DNA of 64,000 bases from Octopus sinensis. Taxonomy: Eukaryota. Every line of letters begins with the position of its first letter. Position 1 is the first letter of the stretch. The stretch is taken from assembly GCF_006345805.1 (NCBI RefSeq), contig NC_043012.1, forward strand, positions 44,888,001-44,952,000. Reading direction: 5' to 3'. The notes beneath the pieces were generated by a model. The model saw nothing but the letters and a program-made list of their open reading frames with translations. It did no database searches and was not told the DNA's origin. Shown here in pieces: positions 26,501 through 38,720 of this stretch. The translations under genes were made by a program, and so were the position numbers.

Positions 26501-27338
26501 TTAGTTGAGGAAATGTCCTGCTCTCTTGTTTCCGCCATTTTCGTGGAAATTATTTATGTTTTCTTTGAATTCTCTTCTTATTCGGGAAATTTAGCTTCAG
26601 TGACTTAACCATTTGACCTGATCCTTAGAAACTCCCTGAGTTTGCCCCTTCCTAGATCCATTTTTCTCAATTCACCTTCATCAGTTGTTCTTTGACCGTC
26701 TAGGCTCTTGTTTTCTAGCAGGTGTTCATACTAATGCTACTTTGGTATCTTTCCACAATCCATTTTGAGTGTTATCATAGATGCCAGTGCTTTATTTCAG
26801 GAAACAGACCACTGTAATCAGTTTCGGGATGCAGCTCTTCATCTGAAACTTCATTCAGCAAGAAGACGTGACAGATGTCGCCAAGGGATCTGTTTACCTT
26901 TTATCTTTTACCACTGGCCGTAATTATGATACATTTAATAGGAATTGTTTGACCAATTCGTGGTTCTAAGGCAGTATTACATAGATTTCCAGATCTATTG
27001 TTGTCTTGTGAACGCCACATGGGCCTTCGAAAGGCTTCCTTGGGTTACATATGTTTGCCCATTTGACTTTTGTCAACGAACGTCTCGCTCCATAGAACTA
27101 ATTTTGACAGGAAAATAAAACAGGGAGCTCTTTAGTGGACTTGAGCCAGGCAACAGACCGAATAATTATCTATAACCAAATCCTCTACGGAGCTACAGTT
27201 ACGAAAGTTAGTCTACATGGACCTAAAACTAAAACACATGTAGGCGGAGTGTATATACACCCATGTGCTTCGTTGATGTTGATCAGTTAGCTGATCGGCT
27301 TAAGCGGGGCAGGGTCGTTGTTTATTTATAATACATTC

Positions 27339-27386
27339 AGGCCTGCTGATGATTACGTAAGTATGAAATCACTGTGATACAGGTCT
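27339..27386 (+). ncRNA. Type I hammerhead ribozyme, copy 1
   Basis: Stem I AGGCCUG/CAGGUCU (7 bp, one G.U); core CUGAUGA at 27346-27352; stem II U-UAC-GUAA-GUA-U (GNRA loop); GAAA; palindromic stem III AUCAC-U-GUGAU; predicted cleavage AUA after 27379. Confidence 0.8.
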
Positions 27387-27814
27387 ATATTTTTAAATGT
27401 CTTACTTTGAAAAATTGCATTCGGTGGGATTAGTAATATTTTTGGTAGAAATGACTGATTGTCCCTCTTAGCGTTTGGCATGTATGTATAATGCCTTCTG
27501 GCATGTATGTATAATGCCCTCTATATATAAATTAATATGTTCAATAAGAAATAATTATTTTCGAAATTTTTTCTCTTATGAGGTTTTTACGCTATCTACC
27601 TGACAATTTCTTGTTAAGTTTTCCTTATTAGTAGTTGTCCTTATAGCTAAATTTTTATTCCGAAAAAACTTTTCCTCTCCCGAAATGCAATTCGTAAAAG
27701 TTTGCCATTTACCCGGATGTAATATATGTAAACTCACCCATGTGCTTCGTTGATGTTGATCAGTTAGCTGATCGGCTTAAGCGGGGCAGGGTCGTTTTTA
27801 TTTATAATACATTC

Positions 27815-27862
27815 AGGCCTGCTGATGATTACGTAAGTATGAAATCACTGTGATACAGGTCT
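27815..27862 (+). ncRNA. Type I hammerhead ribozyme, copy 2
   Basis: Same motif as copy 1; predicted cleavage after 27855. Confidence 0.8.
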
Positions 27863-28287
27863 ATATTTTTAAATGTCTTACTTGAAAAATTGCATTCGGT
27901 GGGATTAGTAATATTTTTGGTAGAAATGACTGATTGTCCCTCTTAGCGTTTGGCATGTATGTATAATGCCTTCTGGCATGTATGTATAATGCCCTTATAT
28001 ATAAATTAATATGTTCAATAAGAAATAATTATTTTCGAAATTTTTTCTCTTATGAGGTTTTTACGCTATCTACCTGACAATTTCTTGTTAAGTTTTCCTT
28101 ATTAAGTAGTTGTCCTTAATTGCTAAATTTTATTCCGAAAAAACTTTTCCTCTCCGAAATGCATTCGTAAAAGTTTGCCATTTACCCGGATGTAATATAT
28201 GTAAACTCACCCATGTGCTTCGTTGATGTTGATCAGTTAGCTGATCGGCTTAAGCGGGGCAGGGTCGTTGTTATTTATAATACATTC

Positions 28288-28335
28288 AGGCCTGCTGATG
28301 ATTACGTAAGTATGAAATCACTGTGATACAGGTCT
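28288..28335 (+). ncRNA. Type I hammerhead ribozyme, copy 3
   Basis: Same motif as copy 1; predicted cleavage after 28328. Confidence 0.8.
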
Positions 28336-28761
28336 ATATTTTTAAATGTCTTACTTTGAAAAATTGCATCGTGGGATTAGTAATATTTTTGGTAGAAATG
28401 ACTGATTGTCCCTCTTAGCGTTTGGCATGTATGTATAATGCCTTCTGGATGTATGTATAATGCCCTCTATATATAAATTAATATGTTCAATAAGAAATAA
28501 TTATTTTCGAAATTTTTTCTTATGAGGTTTTTACGCTATCTACCTGACAATTTCTTGTTAAGTTTTCCTTATTAAGTAGTTGTCCTTAATTGCTAAATTT
28601 TATTCCGAAAAAACTTTTCCTCCTCTCCGAAATGCAATTCGTAAAAGTTTGCCATTTACCCGGATGTAATATATGTAACTCACCCATGTGCTTCGTTGAT
28701 GTTGATCATTTAGCTGATCGGCTTAAGCGGGGCAGGGTCGTTGTTTATTTATAATACATTC

Positions 28762-28808
28762 AGGCCTGCTGATGATTACGTAAGTATGAAATCACTGTGA
28801 TACAGTCT
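28762..28808 (+). ncRNA. Type I hammerhead ribozyme, copy 4 (one G missing in stem I 3' strand)
   Basis: Core and stems II/III intact; CAGTCT in place of CAGGTCT; predicted cleavage after 28802. Confidence 0.72.
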
Positions 28809-29068
28809 ATATTTTTAAATGTCTTACTTTGAAAAATTGCATTCGGTGGGATTAATAATATTTTTGGTAGAAATGACTGATTGTCCCTCTTAGCGTTTGG
28901 CATTATGTATATGCCACTTCTGGCATGTATGTATAATGCCCTCTATATATAAATTAATATGTTCAATAAGAAATAATTATTTTCGAAATTTTTTCTCTTA
29001 TGAGGTTTTTACGCTATCTACGACAATTTCTTGTTAAGTTTTCCTTATTAAGTAGTTGTCCTTAATTG

Positions 29069-29180
<112 letters not shown>

Positions 29181-30965
29181 ATGCACGCCACTATTTGCAA
29201 ATACTCCACACACACACAACCAACACACAGACAAATACACACATGTGTGTGGTTTTCTCAAAGTTTCCGTTTACCAAATTCCAGTTAAAATTTGTTGAGA
29301 TATGATAGTTAGAATCTACCGAAAGTGCTGGGCACTGGGTTCGAACCTGGGACCAAGTATTTCTGAAGAAAACTTCTTAAACACGCAGTTATGCCAGTTC
29401 CTTGTCCATAAAACACCTGACATTTTTTTCGAGATTCTAGGCACTGATTTCTTTGTTTTACAAACCAATTAATATTTCTGATGCTACACTCAAGAATGGA
29501 AAGTCTTCCATAGATATTTATTCGCACAAATCGTTGGTGTTATTCTAAGATAGTTTCCCTCCAGCTGTTTAATAAATAATATCAAGATATCACGATTCAC
29601 ATGTATTTAATATGTAACCATTATAGCATTGCTGAGGTCGAGTACTGGAAGATTATTTTTTGAGTTTTGTTACTCTTTCACAAAGCATGACATTGAATAT
29701 ATATGCACTCTCTCAACTAAATCGAAAGTTAAAAACACAAACGAAGAGCAACAAAAGTTAACAAAAAGAAATAACTACGGTAAATGTATACAAACAACAG
29801 AAAATAAACGAAAATAAGCAAATATGCATTTTGGAGCGTAGGGTAGAATATTTTCAATCAAAAAGCAATTTCGGCGACTATTTGACTGGATAATGTAACC
29901 ATCACATGTTTCCTGGACCTTAGCGTTATTAATGGTTCCTTTGCAGAATATTACGTAAAAGAGCAGGTTGTGCTGTAAAGATAATTCAATATTGCGAACA
30001 TGGTATTGATTGTAATATGTGCAAAGTGTGTGCAATGGAGAAACCCCTCAGCAGAATAAAGGAAAAGAGCAAAAAGGAAGAAGAGGAATGAAAAGGCAGC
30101 ACTGTTTTTACTGACGTGTTTGTGTTATTGTGTGTATAAGTATCTGTTTGCATTTGTGTTTGTACGTTTCTGTGTGTGTGTTTGTGTGTTTCTGCGTGCG
30201 TGCGTTTGTGTGTGTGTATGTGTGTGTGTGTGTGTATGTGTGCGTGCATTTGTGTGTGTGTGTGTGTGCGTGCATGTGTGTGTGTGTGTGTGTGTGTGTA
30301 TGTTTTTCTCTCATGTGCGAACCGTTACTGAAAAACAATATTGTTTTTATTTAAAGGTTAATGTTATTGCATCAGTGATTGGTTTTTATGTTTACATCGA
30401 TATCACTATAAACAGACACAAAGCACCTACGTTATATACACATACATACATACATAGATACATACATACATACATATATATATACATACATATATATATA
30501 TATATACAGGCATAGATACAAATACATGCACGTTCACATTCATACAGGCAACGAAGAGACACATACACATGTAAAGAATCTGTCAATTACAATCGCACCG
30601 ATATTCATACACTCACACATTATAACTACATACATATACACACACACACAAATATACTTACATGTCTGTATGCGTGTAGATATGAATATCTGTATGTATG
30701 TATGTATATATGTATGTATATATATATATATTGTTTATATACATATAAAATGTGTGTGTGTGTGTGTAGCAACGGTTATGCAGCCATTTAATCATAAATG
30801 CTTATGAAAGGTAATCTACGCAAAACCAGGCTCTGATATTCTTTCATCTCATGATTTTGTTATGAGTAAATTTGTGTAAAGAAAATCCGATTTCATGCTA
30901 AGAACGGTCTAGATCGGGTTTATCTCCGCTAACAATATCCTATTTGCTTTCATTTTAACCTATAT

Positions 30966-30966
<1 letters not shown>

Positions 30967-31030
<64 letters not shown>
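30967..31030. repeat. (CA)n microsatellite
   Basis: Directly visible; one of many (CA)n and (TA)n tracts in the window. Confidence 0.95.
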
Positions 31031-31033
<3 letters not shown>

Positions 31034-31149
31034 CAGTGCTTATATAAGGACGGACACACGTACACATATATATACATACACTTATGTATATATATATGTT
31101 CATTTATTTATCTATTTATTTGTACACATATACATATATATATACATAC

Positions 31150-31232
<83 letters not shown>

Positions 31233-31558
31233 GTACGTACATTTATACACACACACGTATATGTATATTGTATATTCGTATGTGTGTATTTTCGTACATA
31301 CATAGAGACATACATTCACACTCTACCAATGATATTTATCTTGGCGTTTTGTTAGATGATTCCATAACGATAACACTCTTCTTCTGCGTGTGTTACGCCT
31401 ATTCTTCATTGAAAGCCGCGTTAGAAGTTCAATCCCTCCAATGTTGTTGATGTTCAATATATACCTACGTGAATACATACCTTTGTACAAACACGCACAC
31501 ACACAGACACACACACACACACACACATGCACACACATACACACATACACACACACAT

Positions 31559-32041
31559 ATTGTTGTATTTAAGAATGGCCAGTTTACCAGTTTAGCCAAT
31601 AAAAACACACGCACTATATATTTGGTGTTACTTTGCTTCAGCGTTATTTATTTTTTACATTAATCTTAATCTTATTTCGGCCAGAGTTCTTTCGTCACAC
31701 TCTTGTGACCGCATCAGTGGTCCTTTGCTTTCTTCTTTCTTATTTGTGTGTCTCTCCTTACTAACCGTCAGCCATTTTGTATTTCTCTTGTATGTGTCTT
31801 CATTTGCACATGCGTATATCTCTATGTGCGTCTATGCTTAGTTAGTGTGTGTGTGTGGGGGGGGGGGATGCCTGTAATATTTGTATCTCCTGTTTATACA
31901 GGAGTGTGACGAAAGAACTCTGGCCGAGATTAAGATTAATGTAAAAAATAAAAAAACGCCGAAGCAAAGTAACACTAAATATATAGTGCGTGTGTTTTTA
32001 TTGGCTAAACTGGCAAAATGACCATTCCTATATGCAACAAT
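31559..32041. repeat. Inverted-repeat element: ~145-bp arms, ~190-bp spacer
   Basis: 31559-31706 is the reverse complement of 31898-32041 with mismatches and a small indel. Confidence 0.85.
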
Positions 32042-32099
32042 ATCTGTTTCAACACACGATCTCACATCAAAAATCTTGTAAAACAAACAATTATATATA

Positions 32100-32475
32100 T
32101 ATTATCTGTTTCTGATAGTAAATTGCGGCTATGCTGGAGCACTGATTTGAAGAATTTTTAATCGAATGAGTCGATCCCAGTACTTCATAGCTTTTGGTAC
32201 TTAAACTGTTGATTCCTTTTGACGATCCGTTTTTGCCGATTCGCTTCTGTGACGTTAACATACCAACACAGGTTGTCAAGCGATGGTAGGGGACAAACTC
32301 AAAGACACACAGACACACATATATACAGCGAAATTCTTCCTGTTTCTGTCTACGAAATCCACTCAAAGCTTTGGGCATCTTAAGACTATAGTAGAACACA
32401 CTTGCCCATAGTTCCACTCAGTGGGACTGAACCCGAAACCATGTGGTTAGGATGCAAGCTGTTTACCACACAGCC
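32100..32475 (-). mobile_element. Octopus-type tRNA-SINE
   Basis: Reverse-strand copy of the 1534 family (GGGACTGAACCC..ACCATGTGGTT..GCAAGC). Confidence 0.75.
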
Positions 32476-33080
32476 ATACCTACACACGGGCACTTGCACG
32501 CACACACATACACACATACATATATGAGTCTGTGTGAATATATGTGCTTGTAAGCGTATATGCAGACACACATATAGAAATAAAGATAAATATATATGTA
32601 TGTATTTACATGTATATGTATATATATGTGTGTGTGTGTATCTATGTATGTGTGTGTGTGTGTGTGCGTGCGTGCTACATATATATTTCACACTCAAACA
32701 CTTCTTTTACCAACGATTATAAACCGTCAGACAGTAATGTGTCGTCAAGAGGTGAAGAGCAAGGATTGTCTGGGTTCTTTTTATCCTCCCCCACACACTC
32801 TCTTAAATGCTTACAGCTTCAAACGCGAGAATAAGTATAGAATGCAAAATAACAGATCTTATTTAATTTTTTCCTAGTTGCTCGTTTAGGCTTTATCGAG
32901 TGTGCATCACCTTGATAATGGCTGGATGTGTTTATCACGCGAAATTCCGATCAACTATGGTGAGAATCATCAACGTTATACTTGCATGTATACATACATG
33001 TGTACATACTTACGTACACAAATACATGCGCACAAATATACATACGTGCATACAAATACATATATGTATATTTATATATG

Positions 33081-33380
33081 TGGAGGCACAATAACCCAGT
33101 GGTTAGGGCAGCGGACTCGGAGGATTGTGGTTTCGATTCCCAGACCGGGCGTTGGGCGTGTTTATTGAGCGAAAACGTCTAAAGCTTCACGACGCCCCGG
33201 GAATGGGCGGTGACGACCCCTGTTGTACTCGTTCGCCCAGCTTTCTCTCACTCTTTCTTCCCGTTTCTTGGGTAACGCTGCGATGGGCTGGCGTCACGTC
33301 GAGCTGAGGGGGAACACATACGCCGTAGAAACCGGGAAACCGGGCCCATGAGCCTGTTTAAGCTTGAAAAGGCACATAAA
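33081..33380 (+). mobile_element. V-domain-like tRNA-SINE, second copy
   Basis: Collinear with 16961-17247, including the GAAACCGGGAAACCGGGCCCATGA tail. Confidence 0.8.
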
Positions 33381-33396
33381 TAAAATATATATATAT

Positions 33397-33444
<48 letters not shown>

Positions 33445-34295
33445 ATGTATGTATATATTATATATATATATATTATATATACAGCACCATACTACAAAGC
33501 ACAGCCCTACTAAAGGGAGACCCAAAGATGAACCGGATCCTCGAAAACACACCATCATTAAAAGTAAACGGCAACCAAAATCCTTGAAAGGATTTTAACC
33601 CAAGCTAAACTGCATCAACATCAACCACAAAACCAGCAGTTAGAAAATGTGGAAGGCCCAACTGCGGAATCTGTGTCATCTGATAGAAGGTTCAGGAATT
33701 TATACTAGAACAAGGCCATCAGTTCACCATTAGAGCAAACTTCACCTGCGCATCAGAAAACTTAATTTACGTCATAACATGCGCAGGCTGCAATAGGCAG
33801 TATATAGGCCATAAAAAAATAGCTTACGTAACAGGATGGCGGTGCATAAATCACAAATTAGAAACCCTGAATACCGGAAAAAACGGTCAGCGGACACATA
33901 AATAGATGTGCTGGAAATGTAAATCCGAAATTACAACTTACCGCTTTTAAATTCAGTGACAGCGTAACCTTCACGCAACGCCAAAATAAAGAACTGTATT
34001 CCATCAAAAAATTTAGACCAAGTTTGAACACCCTGGGCTAGGAATATTAAAACTAAAGATTGGTCCTCCGAAAAGGAGAAGCGAAATTCCACCACGGCCG
34101 CTGCCTTAAACAGTCACTCACACTGACAGAAATATGTCTTAGGGAAAGGAAAATAATTCATAAAAGGATCTCTACGAGCAGATCTAATCCTGATTCGTCA
34201 AGAAACTGATGACGTATTGCTTCAGTGGGCAATCTATTGTCGCCCTGCTTGGTCGGTTTCCACATACGATACAGCTGGGGGTCGGACCCGGTTCT

Positions 34296-34574
34296 GATTG
34301 GTCAAAACATTGATGACGTCTCGTTCTGCTGGACTAGCCACCTAACGGGACGATTGGTCAAAACAGTGATGACGTCTCGTTCCGCTGGACTAGCCACCTA
34401 ACAGGATACAGACATGGGTCAGATCTAATATAGCTATAGGTCAGACCCGATTCTGATTGGTCAAAACATTGATGACGTCCCGTTCTGCTGGACTAGCCAC
34501 CTAACGAGACGATTGGTCAAAACTTTGATGACGTCTCGTTCCGCTGGACTAGCCACCTAACAGGTGATATAAAA
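34296..34574 (+). promoter_or_regulatory. Four 56-bp repeats, each with ATTGG (CCAAT box) and TGACGTC (CRE-like), ending in a TATA box
   Basis: GATTGG starts at 34296, 34352, 34455 and 34511 (a dimer repeated with a 159-bp period); TATAAAA at 34568. Promoter function is inferred. Confidence 0.6.
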
Positions 34575-34844
34575 CCCAAACAATTCACAAGATTCACCAG
34601 AACTATTCGAACAGACACCAACCAAAAGTCATCACAGTTGCTCCCATGGAACACAGGGTAAAACCTAAAATGAATTCCTCGCTTTTTCAAGAACATGAAT
34701 TTTTTATATTGAATGCATATCACCACTATGAACTACTACATCATACTCTTTAAACATATAGCATGGACTCGCTTACAATATGAATTTTTTTATTATATAT
34801 GAATTTTTTATATTGATAGCATGAACTATCTTTTTATATATAAA

Positions 34845-34889
34845 TTTTTTGATAAGGTTCGTCATTTCAAGAACCGAAACATGTTAAAT
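34845..34889 (+). ncRNA. Minimal hammerhead-like motif with U3-A8 core variant
   Basis: UUGAUAA-GGUUC-(10 nt)-GAACC-GAAA-CAUG-UU-AAA; perfect 5-bp stem II with G10.1-C11.1; ACAUGU palindromic stem III; weak stem I. Confidence 0.5.
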
Positions 34890-34999
34890 AAATAATGTAT
34901 ATATAAAAATTAAAAATTTGTCTAATATAGCAGCATTTTCAAACTTCATTTTTACAAATATATATATATTATATATATATATATATATATATTATATGA

Positions 35000-35071
35000 G
35001 ATTCTGTGGTGGAGTGGTTATCACGTCTGCTTTACATGCAGGATGTTGTGAGTTCGAGCCTCTGAAAGTTT
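35000..35071 (+). pseudogene. tRNA-Val(TAC) pseudogene
   Basis: GTGGAGTGGTTATCACGTCTGCTTTACATGCAGG..GAGTTCGAGCC; anticodon TAC at 35033-35035; acceptor stem broken. Confidence 0.75.
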
Positions 35072-35079
35072 AATTTTTA

Positions 35080-35275
35080 GGCGTAAGCGTGGCTGTGGGG
35101 TAAGAAGCTTGCTTCTCAAACTCATGGTTTCAAATTCACTTGCTATAGTAGAAGACACTTGCCGAAGGTGCCACGCACTGACAACTTGGGCAAGTGTCCT
35201 CTACCATATCCTCGGGTCGAACAACACCGTGAGGCTGACGGAAACTGAAAGAAGCCCGTCGTATGTATATATATA
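35080..35275 (+). mobile_element. Octopus-type tRNA-SINE (5' part, internally rearranged)
   Basis: GCGTGGCTGTGGGGTAAGAAGCTTGCTTC..GGGCAAGTGTCCTCTAC..CGGAAACTGAAAGAAGCCCGTCG. Confidence 0.7.
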
Positions 35276-35747
35276 AATATATAATAAAACAAGAAATGGA
35301 GTGTGTAATAAACTTTATTGGGTACAACACATGTTTCAACCCGTTCAGGGTTTCTTAGGGTACATTAATAAAAAGTTTCACTGGGGATTTCTTGAGTCGG
35401 CTTACCTACCGCTATATGTACATCAAATTCCAAAATGAGAAATTAGAGAGAAAAATTATTGAAACGCAAAAAAGTCAAATATGAACGTGGAAAGTACACA
35501 TTCTAGTTTAGGGAAAATGCCGTAATGAGCTTTCGGTGTTGTAACTGTTAGGAGAAAGAAAAGGAAGTAGTAGTTGAAAGGAAGATAATACTTAGACGAA
35601 AATGTTTTTGTGTTGGTGCTTAGACTCATACATACTCAGATACATACATACATACATACATACATACATACATACATACATACATACATACATACTACAT
35701 ACATAATATATATATATATAACATATACATATATATATATATGTATG

Positions 35748-35845
<98 letters not shown>

Positions 35846-36069
35846 AAATATATATATATAAGCATATATAAGGGCATCATGAAATGTGTACAAGAAAAAA
35901 TACGAAGCAGGAGTACATGGAACACGAACTATTCATTGATAGAACGAGTACACGAATAGTTCATCTATATATATATATGTATGCACGCGTGTGTGTGTGA
36001 GTGCATTTACATACAGATTTCACGCTCAAACACTTCTTTCACCAACTATTTACATATATATATATATTA

Positions 36070-36270
36070 ATGTGTGTGTGGCTTTGTTTCTGTGTTTGTG
36101 TCCCCCCACAACCGATGCACCCTAGCAGTTTGGTAAAGGAGCTTGATGGAATAAGTACTAGGCTTACAAGGAATTAGTTCTGGGCTCGATTGCGTCGACT
36201 AAAAACTTTAAGGCGCTGCTCCAGCATGGCAGCTGTCAAAATGACTGGAACAAGTAAAAGAAAAAAGACC
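36070..36270 (+). mobile_element. Octopus-type SINE, 3' half
   Basis: AATAAGTACTAGGCTTACAA..GCTCCAGCATGGC..GTCAAA.TGACTG. Confidence 0.7.
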
Positions 36271-36319
36271 ATGTATATATATATACATAGTCTTTTTTCT
36301 TTTTCCTGTTAGTATTTTG

Positions 36320-36690
36320 CTTTTTTCAGTCATTTTGATTGTGGCCATCCTGGACCACCACCTTGAGGGGTTTTAGTCGGACAAATCAGGTCAGGGACTT
36401 ATTTCTTAAGCTTAGTACTTATTCTATCGGTATTATCTACCAAGTTACGGGTACGTAAACACAAGTGGTTATGGGAGGGGCACAAACAGATACCAGGATG
36501 CACTTATAGATATATAAACATATATATGCGACGGGCTTCTTTCAGTTTCCGCCTACCAAATCTACTCACAAGGCGTTGCTCGGCACGACGCTGTAGTAGA
36601 AGACACTTGTCCAAGGTGCCACAGTTGGACTGAACCCAGAACTATGTGGTTGAAAAGCAAGCTTCTTCCTACACAGCTACGCCTGCGCCT
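36320..36690 (-). mobile_element. Octopus-type tRNA-SINE
   Basis: Full reverse-strand copy ending CACAGCTACGCCTGCGCC. Confidence 0.75.
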
Positions 36691-36778
36691 ATACATATAT
36701 ATATATATTCATATACATGTATATATATGTTTGTGTGTGTGTGTGTGTGTGTGTGTGAGTGTGTATGTACGTATGTGT

Positions 36779-36811
<33 letters not shown>

Positions 36812-36829
36812 AGACGATGACATAGCGCT

Positions 36830-37560
36830 ATTTAGTACTGTAGGATCTATAAAGGAATAATAATTTATTATTATCTATCTGTAAGAATTTAAATATATCC
36901 TTATGTTGAATATTAGAATACCAGCTTATTGCGTTTTGTGCATAAGACCATAATATTAATGCTATGTTATTAAGTGTCGTTATGTATTTATCTAAAATCA
37001 TTTTACTAAGTTTGTCTAAATCAGATTTCGCAGGGCATATAAGTCTAAACTTAGTGTCAGTTAAGAAGTTCTCTTTATTGCTTTGAGCATGATACGTGGT
37101 CTTATCAGTATAAAAGGTTCTGTTTTGCTTTGAATGCTATATTCATACATAGTTTTCATTGCATATAAATTAATTAAACAATGTTTTTGTTTACTATTTT
37201 ATATTTTTTTGTAATTTCTTTATGGAGTAATTTATGATATGTATCGATACTTAGGTTGTTTGTGTTTCTTGTTTTGTCTGAATGTACAATAATTCCAATT
37301 TTTGATCTAAGTTCGTGTATTGAGTTTTCTTTGGTGCTCATTATTCCTTAGAGAGTCTTTTTTTAATTTTAAGGTCTTAAAGGTAGTCCATAATTCCTGT
37401 TCGAATTTATCCAAGTGAGTTTTTGGTAACGGTGTTTTCTTAAATTTGAAAATCCTTGAAAATGTTTCCGTATTAAATGTTTCGAATATAATTTAGACTA
37501 ATTTGTATATATTATGTTGTTTCACATGAAATGTCGCATTTGTAACTGCTTGTTGTTTCT
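36830..37560 (-). pseudogene. Penelope-like element reverse transcriptase N-terminal fragment
   Basis: Reverse strand FKFKKTPLPKTHLDKFEQELW..IIVHSDKTRN..YHKLLHKEITK..KENFLTDTKFRLICPAKSDLDKLSKMILDKYI..AISWYSNIQHKDIFKFLQID, matching PLE motifs ADKT, NITK.Y, KENF, RLINPAKS and SK.ILD. Confidence 0.8.
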
Positions 37561-37610
37561 GTTATTTAAAACCTCAATTATGTATACCTTGCATTTTTCT
37601 TTCCCAACAA

Positions 37611-38720
37611 TATTGGTATACAAAATTCGTACCCACAGACCTTATGAAAATGATAACAATCAAACTATGTTGAGTGATTTTCTCACATGAATACAAACTG
37701 AGTCACTCTGCGGAAGAAGCTCTTACGGAATATCAAGCAGGCCTTTGGTAATGGTTTTGTTAATATAAGAACTGTTTAGAGATGGTTCCAAAGCTCTCAT
37801 TGCGGAGATGATAGCCTTGAAAATAAATCAAGGAGTAGGCAAAAATTAGTTATTCGGCATGATGGATTAAATGCTTTGGTTGAACAAAATTCGAGAACAA
37901 ATGTTCGAAAACTTTCATCAAAACTCCAAACATCTCGCACAACTGTTTTTGGACACCTGTAAAAAATTGGGAAAGTCAAGAAAACGGATAAGTTTGTTCC
38001 CTATCAAATGAACGAGCTTAAAAAAGAACAGGCGCTTCGAAGTGTACTCCTTATTGCTTTCTCGACTGGAAAATGACCATTTTTGTACTAAATCATTACT
38101 TGTGATGAGAAATGGATGAATTTTGACAACAACAGGAGAACAGAACTGTGATTAGATGCAAGAGAGTCACCTAAACACTACCCAAACCCACCATTGCATC
38201 CTAAAAAGTTAGTGGTCAGTGAATGGAGGTCTGCGAAGGGAGTAATTCATTATTCATTTTTGCTATAAGGAAAAACGGTAACAGCAATATCGTATTGCCA
38301 GGAAATTGATTGTATGCATGAAAATTCGATGAAGAAACCCAAACTAGTGAATAGGGATGGTCTAATTTTGCTCTACGACAATGCACGTCCTCACACTCCT
38401 CAAGCTACGGTCCAAAAGTTGCAAACCTGACTTATGAGATTTTGCAACATCCTCCCTTATTCCCGTCATATCTCTCCTACTGATCATCTCTTATTTAAGC
38501 ATTTTGAGCTTTTCATAAGCAATAAAACATTCTTAAATAGAGAAGAAGTAATTGAAGCATTCGGACAATATATCACAGCAATTTTTTAAAAGATGGGATA
38601 TATGATATAGAGAAACGTTGGGTAAACGTCATAAATGAACATTCTTTGATTAAATAAATCAGTTCTCTAACACTTCTGAAACATTTTATTTGTACCTTTC
38701 AAATGTGAAACAACCTAATA
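37611..38720 (+). mobile_element. Degenerate near-full-length mariner (cecropia/Hsmar1-like ends)
   Basis: Motifs IITCDEKW, LYDNARPHT and HPPYSRHISPTDHLLFKHF; 3' end CAACCTAATA; many stops. Confidence 0.85.

Larger units (their letters stand above)
33481..34958 (+). mobile_element. 3' part of a Penelope-like element: GIY-YIG endonuclease remnant plus terminal repeat region
   Basis: KCGRPNCGIC, then from 33723 FTIRANFTCASENLIYVITCAGCNRQYIG, LRNRMAVHKSQIR and KKFRPSLN (frameshifted). Followed by a repeat/promoter block and a hammerhead-like motif; (TA)n on both sides. Confidence 0.85.

Noticed and set aside
26821-26846. Minus-strand CAGAUGA...CGAAAC hammerhead look-alike just upstream of the array
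   Set aside because: The core is mutated and stems I, II and III cannot be paired.
25200-26900. Possible degraded RT on the minus strand (LHQGD, FIDLSNA)
   Set aside because: The motifs are short, in the wrong order for an RT, and embedded in stops. A translated search against TE proteins would be needed.
29335-29400. tRNA-like sequence on the minus strand with GGTTCGAACC B box
   Set aside because: Matches SINE heads and lacks a cloverleaf, so it is not called as a tRNA gene. The same applies to the other SINE heads.
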